Source: Lingula anatina (Eukaryota; Animalia; Brachiopoda). From it: a stretch of 64,000 nucleotides of DNA. The stretch lies in NCBI GenBank assembly GCA_051362555.1, contig CM120642.1, positions 24,862,001 to 24,926,000 on the forward strand, in the 5' to 3' direction. The translations under genes and the position numbers were made by a program. Shown one piece after another: positions 58,542-64,000 of the stretch. The notes below the pieces were generated by a model, which saw nothing but the letters and a program-made list of their open reading frames with translations, was not told the DNA's origin and ran no database searches. Each line of letters starts with the position of its first letter. Position 1 is the first letter of the stretch.

Positions 58542-61145
58542 TGACGACTTATTACAAAGACGTTGAAGGCACAAGTACATGTACATGTACATTCTGATGG
58601 TTTTGTGCACATAAACATTTTTGTACCGTAATTCTTTGATAGTGCAGAAGCGCTTAGCAAACTCTGTGCAGCAACTTTAATGTAGAGAATTCTTCGTTAA
58701 GTATTTATTTACTTCCGTGTGCTGTCAGGCTCTTGATTTTCTGTGTGTGTGGCGTCACGTTCAGTGATGAGTTCCCTTTTGTAATGTTTGCGTTTGGAGA
58801 ACCCTTTGCCAACAATTATGTTTGCTCCTACAGGCAACGCAAAAATGATATTTATTATTGAAAATAGCACACTTCAAGGTCACGTTGAAAGTCATTGTAA
58901 CTTTGCTGGCCACGAATAAACTGAGACTGATATAGCGGTCCCTATGCACGGTGAAAAATATTGCTACATATGTATATGCACTTTAACATTGTGTGTGTTC
59001 TACTTTTTCTAACCTTTTTGTCATTTCTATATGCCTTCAAGTATTTTATTAATTTTTCGTTAATTTTTTCCATTTAATATATTGTTTGATTTACTGTGGC
59101 AGCTTGACCCCCCTCCCCCCCCCCCCCCACCCCCGGACCGGCCTGGTGCCCTAATAACGTACGTGTTTAGTCTGCTTATTTACAAGATTCCCACTCTATA
59201 CTATGATGTTGTAAAACAGGCACAGAGACACAGCGCCAGGCTAAAACAACTGCCTTCCAGCAAACTGGTTAAGGTTTTTGTTACCCTTTGTTATCCAAAT
59301 ACAGGAAATTAGTATTTTCATGCATCTCATTATTTAATAATACCTCTATCTTTGTGCTGATTTAAAACAATAAAAAACCTTGAAAATATAAAATATAGGC
59401 GTTAATATTTTTTTCGTTGCAATGTATAAGTATAGGCAACTCAAAGCTTCAATCATCACTTCAACACCTTTCTATTTTGAGGTGAGGTAGCAATCACATA
59501 GGGGCGTATCTTCATCCCTAAGAAAGATTTTGTCATGAAAATTGACAGATTGGACCATGAACGTGTGAGCTACAGGTGCCGTCGTTTTTGTTATGGAGGA
59601 ATCAGTCACTAATTACAGATTTTCATTAAACGAAGGGATTATTTGGCTTTATCAACGATATGAACTAAGCCTTTTAAGAAAAATCGCTGGCAGGGTTTTG
59701 GAGTAATAAATGGTGTCATTAAATTTGCGTTTGAACGGTGATCGTGGGTGCTCAGGAAAAAAGAGAAATTTGAAAAAAAAAAACGGGTTTTCAGTTTTTT
59801 TTTTATTCTCAAAATCGCAATTATGACGTCACCCGTAAGATAACATAAAATATTAATATATAGTCACTGAACACTGAAGATTTATTTATTACCCAAAAGA
59901 ATGTATGTAAGGCAGTAAATAAAATATTATTATCCTGTCAGGCCCTGCGCTGTCATGTTAAATTAGAGATAAGTTTAAACGGAATTTGATAGCCTTTAGA
60001 GATTTCACAGAAAATGAATAAATATGATGAATAAAAGTATCACTCTACTTCATATAGACCCTACATTGGTTGTGCCGTAATAATCAGGAGACCATTGCAA
60101 ACACGAAAGCATCCACTTCAAGAGGACGCACAAACCAAAACAAAATTCCCTAAGTCTATTTCTGTGTAAATGACCTATTTTAGTGTGCAATGCAAACTTT
60201 GTACACTGTTATCGTTACTTTTCGGAAGTAGGTCAGTATTATGCGCTGCAGTCTCACAGAAGCCATGATTAGGTGTAGTAGGGGATCGTAGACGTTACAC
60301 ACTGAACGTGAACTCAAACCTTAACACGTCAACTTTAATTAAACGGTAGGTACACGAACAAAGTATCGAGACTCGTGGTGACAATAGACATGTAGTACTC
60401 CTGGTGAGTGGGTGAGAACGAAAACTAGTAGTAGTAGGATTGTTAAAGGGGTCAAACGCTACATTTTATAGTAGGCCTACAAATGTCTGACCGAAAGGTT
60501 CGAAAGGTGGACTCAACCCATCTCTCAACTTTATGTTATGTCAGTTATGTAGGCCTATGTTGGTCGATCCAAGTAAAATTATCGGTCAGTTGTAGGCCTA
60601 CCCAAATTATTAACATAGTAAAAAGGTTTGACGGTATTTAAATATAAGTGTGAACCCCTGTACGAAAGGCCCAGAATAAATGTCATGTAGGCCTATATGT
60701 CAAAATACTCTGTCTTATCAACACAGGAAGAAAAAGATTGCGCATGCGGTACACAGTCAAGTTATGCAGACGATAGCTGGTGGTTGGGAGGCTATAAATT
60801 TCCGGGACCACTATTTCACTGCCCAACTCCTTGCTGAATGCAACCAACTGGACTGAATGGCACGCCTCCTCCTGGAGTTAAGTAGAATACAGAAAATCAG
60901 GTGATTATATGAGTCCGTTGCCATTCAGTTTAGCTGATCGGACTCGGCGAGAGTCCCCTCAAAGTTGGGTCGGTCTACGTAGACCGATGGTTATGGGAAC
61001 GGTGCCTTAGAATCATCTAGTCAAATAGAAGGATCTCAGAGGTGCGGTGTGCCCATTTTATGTCCCGTAAAATACTGTAAAATTAAGTCCTGTAAAATGT
61101 TTAACACATCATTAACATATGTACCTATGTTTCTATCTATTGCAG

Positions 61146-63554
61146 CTGCATGACATCAATATCGCTTTGAATAGGGCTTTTGCAAGAATGTCCAACAGAC
61201 TTGTCAATTCCGAAAAATTGAAGGTACTCGAGTTGCTTTGGAGTGATCCACAGAGCGAAGCTTTACTGTTGGAGGTCGCAAAATGGGACATGCTTCGTAT
61301 TGGAGACAAATTGGGGTTTCCGGAGTATCTAACACGATGTGCCAATCTTAAGACATTATGTGTTTGGGTTCATGATTTTGGCATCAGCATCCCTGAGACG
61401 GTTTTTGATTTGAATACTTTACAAGCACTCTTGATTTCTGCAGTGGACTTAACAGAGATCCCTCGTGAAATACGCCAACTTGCCGATCTGAAAACGCTAT
61501 ATATACAGAACGGTAAAATTACCAACATTTCAGATTTTATTGGTGATTTGGTTAATTTGAAAAGACTGTCATTCATGAAGAACAGAATAAACCTCGTTTC
61601 AATTGAATTGGGGAAGTTGAAACAATTAACATATCTCAGTTTTTCTGACAATAGTTTGGCTGATTTTCCCCTTTGTATATGTGAACTGTACAAGCTAAAG
61701 CACTTGGTGTTGACTGAAAATAAACTAAATATAATTCCGTCGGAAATAAGAAAATTGACAAACCTGGAAGGTCTCTTCGCCTCACATAATGAAATAACCG
61801 TTATTTCCCCTGACATTGGTAGCTTAACGAAACTCAAGTTTCTTGACCTTCGGTATAACCAGGTAGAAGTTGTACCGTTCGAAATTGGCTACCTTGATGC
61901 CCTTAAGCAATTCTGGATCACAAAAAATCCGACGAAGCAACCACCTCAAAATGTATGTTCCCAAGGCACGCAAGCTATCATGCGTTATTTAGAAGATCTC
62001 CGCCGCTCGGCAGCGATAGAGACCGCTAGACTTAAGATAAACGTTTTGGGCGAAACCTGCGCGGGAAAAAGTAGTTTTGTGCGATCTTTAGCAGCAGGAG
62101 AATCGCGCATGACGCCCATGGCGGATCGAACCCATGTGATCGATCAAGCGGCATGGCAACCAGAGAAAGGGATTCTGATAAGAATCAATGATTTTGGTGG
62201 TCATGACATCTACAAGTTAGCTCACAGTATATTCATGGACAAAAACTCACCCGTTTTCCTCGTCTTTGACATCAATGAAATAAATGAATCGAATAGCAAT
62301 ATCCTCCTTGGAACGTGGATTAACGTAGTCCTTTCTAAATCACCAAAAACGAAGATAATACTGATAGGTACGCAAGCCGACAGGTGCAACGACACCGCAA
62401 TCCAGGTTAAATCTAAAGAAGTATCAGCTTATGTAGAAGATTTGCTTGTGAGGAGAGAGCTAAGCTTGAAATCGCAACTTGAAGCAGTGCGACAACGAAT
62501 GGAAGAGGATCTGCCCTTTCAAGAGGCCTTTAAGGCGAAAAACGCTGTGATCAGTTCTAGTCTCAGCGAAACACCCGACATAGTTAGGTCCATCAAGGTC
62601 GTCAGTTCCAACTCGCTGAGTGGTTTCCAAGCGATACAAAAGTTGGCGGTTTCCATGGCAAGAGAAAAAGCAGTCATTTTACCGGAATCATGGTTCATCG
62701 TTACTGATTACGTGGAGAGGGAGAAGGTTCGTAAGACCGAGCCTTACCTGAAGAAGAGCAAACTCATAATCTACCTAGACTCTCTGGAAACCGAGAGCAT
62801 CGAAAAAAGAGAGGCAGTGAAAGAAGTCCTTCCTGAGATTCTCCGGTACCTTCACGGTTCTGGTGAAATAATTTGGTTTGAACAGAGCCCTGTGCTTAGT
62901 GAGGTAATATTCCACAGACATGAGATCGTCGCCGGTTTACTGAAAGCCGTTTTGAGACACGACATGGAGGACTTGTTGGTCCATAGCCGCCCAGAATTCG
63001 TCCACCAGTTTTCCCAAAACCAAGTTTGGTTTTGCCCTCGCCCGGGAGGATATTCTGCACAGGGGTATCATGACTTACAAGATGCTGCAATGCCTCTGGA
63101 GGCCTTTTAATATTGGAGACATCGGGGCCAATGCAGTGATCGAGCTGATGAAGAACTTCGAGATGTGCTACTCAGTGGTGGTCAACAAGGTGGAATACCT
63201 GCATATACCATGGCTGCTAAATGAAACAGCACCTTCTTCGATCTCTAACAGGTGGCACCACCGTATAGAAGATCCAGACAACCAGGACCAACTAACTCTA
63301 GAACTGCACTTCGTCAACCAACCCCCGATAGGGTTCTACGAACAAGAGGCCGTCAGGCTGAACAAGTTCATAGAGCATAAAACTACCCGCGTTGACTGGA
63401 AAGACGGAGTATTTGTCGAGATGGACCAAAATACTCGATGTCTGCTGCAAAGAAAGGCCAACCATGACACCGGTGACGTGATTACTTTCGCGCTGCGAGG
63501 TTCTCACCTTCGAGATATTTGGAAGACTTTTTTGGAAGTCCATAGGGACATCAG
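61146..63554 (+). CDS. LRR-Roc-COR (ROCO, MFHAS1-like) protein; large exon with one frameshift near 63010; gene continues beyond the window
   Basis: Acceptor tgcag|61146, with first in-exon ATG at 61188. About 8-9 LxxLxLxxNxL repeats; 'PPQNVCSQG...IMRYL' cap; Roc G1 GETCAGKSS, G3 DFGG and G4 GTQAD; COR 'LRYLHGSGEIIWF'. Continues in the +1 frame (EDILHRGIMTYKMLQCLW...IPWLL...PIGFYEQ...WKDG) to donor AG|gtaaat at 63554. Confidence 0.88.
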
Positions 63555-63756
63555 GTAAATGAAATGCCTGAATGAAGCACACGACGACATAATTATTTAT
63601 CAAGCATGAGTTTGTAAAAACAGAGATCTGTTGGATAAACAGGATTTGTTGACGGTAATGTGACTAGATGTTCATTTAATTTTGGTAATGATTTTCATGT
63701 GACCGAGTACAGTATGCATTAAGGGACCATTTCCAGACTATAACTGTACTAACTGT

Positions 63757-63948
63757 GGATCGATCTATCTCCAAGGGAATTCTCTCTAAATTGCAATCAA
63801 CTTAAGCGGCTTAGATGTATGTCACGCCTTCTAGAGCTGCTAGGTGGTAATACATGATCGTTTAGCAGCTTCAGTTGGCGTGTCAGACATCTAAGCCGCT
63901 TTAGCTGAAAGCAATTTAGAGAGAAGCTGCTTGGAGATGGATTGGTCC
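63757..63948. repeat. ~190-bp imperfect palindrome, probably the core of a MITE, in the ROCO intron
   Basis: AAGCGGCTTAGATGT / ACATCTAAGCCGCTT and TTCTCTCTAAATTGC / GCAATTTAGAGAGAA arms. Confidence 0.7.
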
Positions 63949-64000
63949 TTTTAGATCGATCTAGGTATGGGAGCACAGTCTAAGATCCCACCATATATCA

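Noticed and set aside
50359-63554. Bacterial contamination or chimeric assembly for the CHAT/ROCO block
   Set aside because: Splice acceptors precede each ORF, there is a donor at 63554, and the spacers are kilobases long, AT-rich and contain microsatellites, with no operon-like packing.

Overview
AT-rich animal (invertebrate, probably lophotrochozoan; inference) genomic DNA with spliced genes. Left to right: (1) the last four coding exons of a BCAR3/SH2D3C-family SH2-RasGEF-like gene (+); (2) a decayed, spliced minus-strand unit with nested 52-bp and ~300-450-bp repeats; (3) a complete flotillin-1 gene (+, 426 aa) with three clusters of duplicated, apparently mutually exclusive exons (2x3x2 = 12 isoforms), whose intervening introns are packed with long complementary stems; (4) a 10-exon PhyH-family 2OG-Fe(II) dioxygenase (-), with a 4.9-kb foldback element and a dead Tc1 in its introns; (5) a Helentron/HINE-like element carrying a 146-bp array and a nested MITE; (6) two tandem single-coding-exon TPR-CHAT proteases with intact His/Cys dyads, followed by an LRR-Roc-COR (ROCO) gene with a frameshift that runs off the window. 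The two strongest leads are the flotillin exon-switch/RNA-stem system and the TPR-CHAT + ROCO candidate immune cluster. All calls come from reading the sequence by eye; no searches were run.
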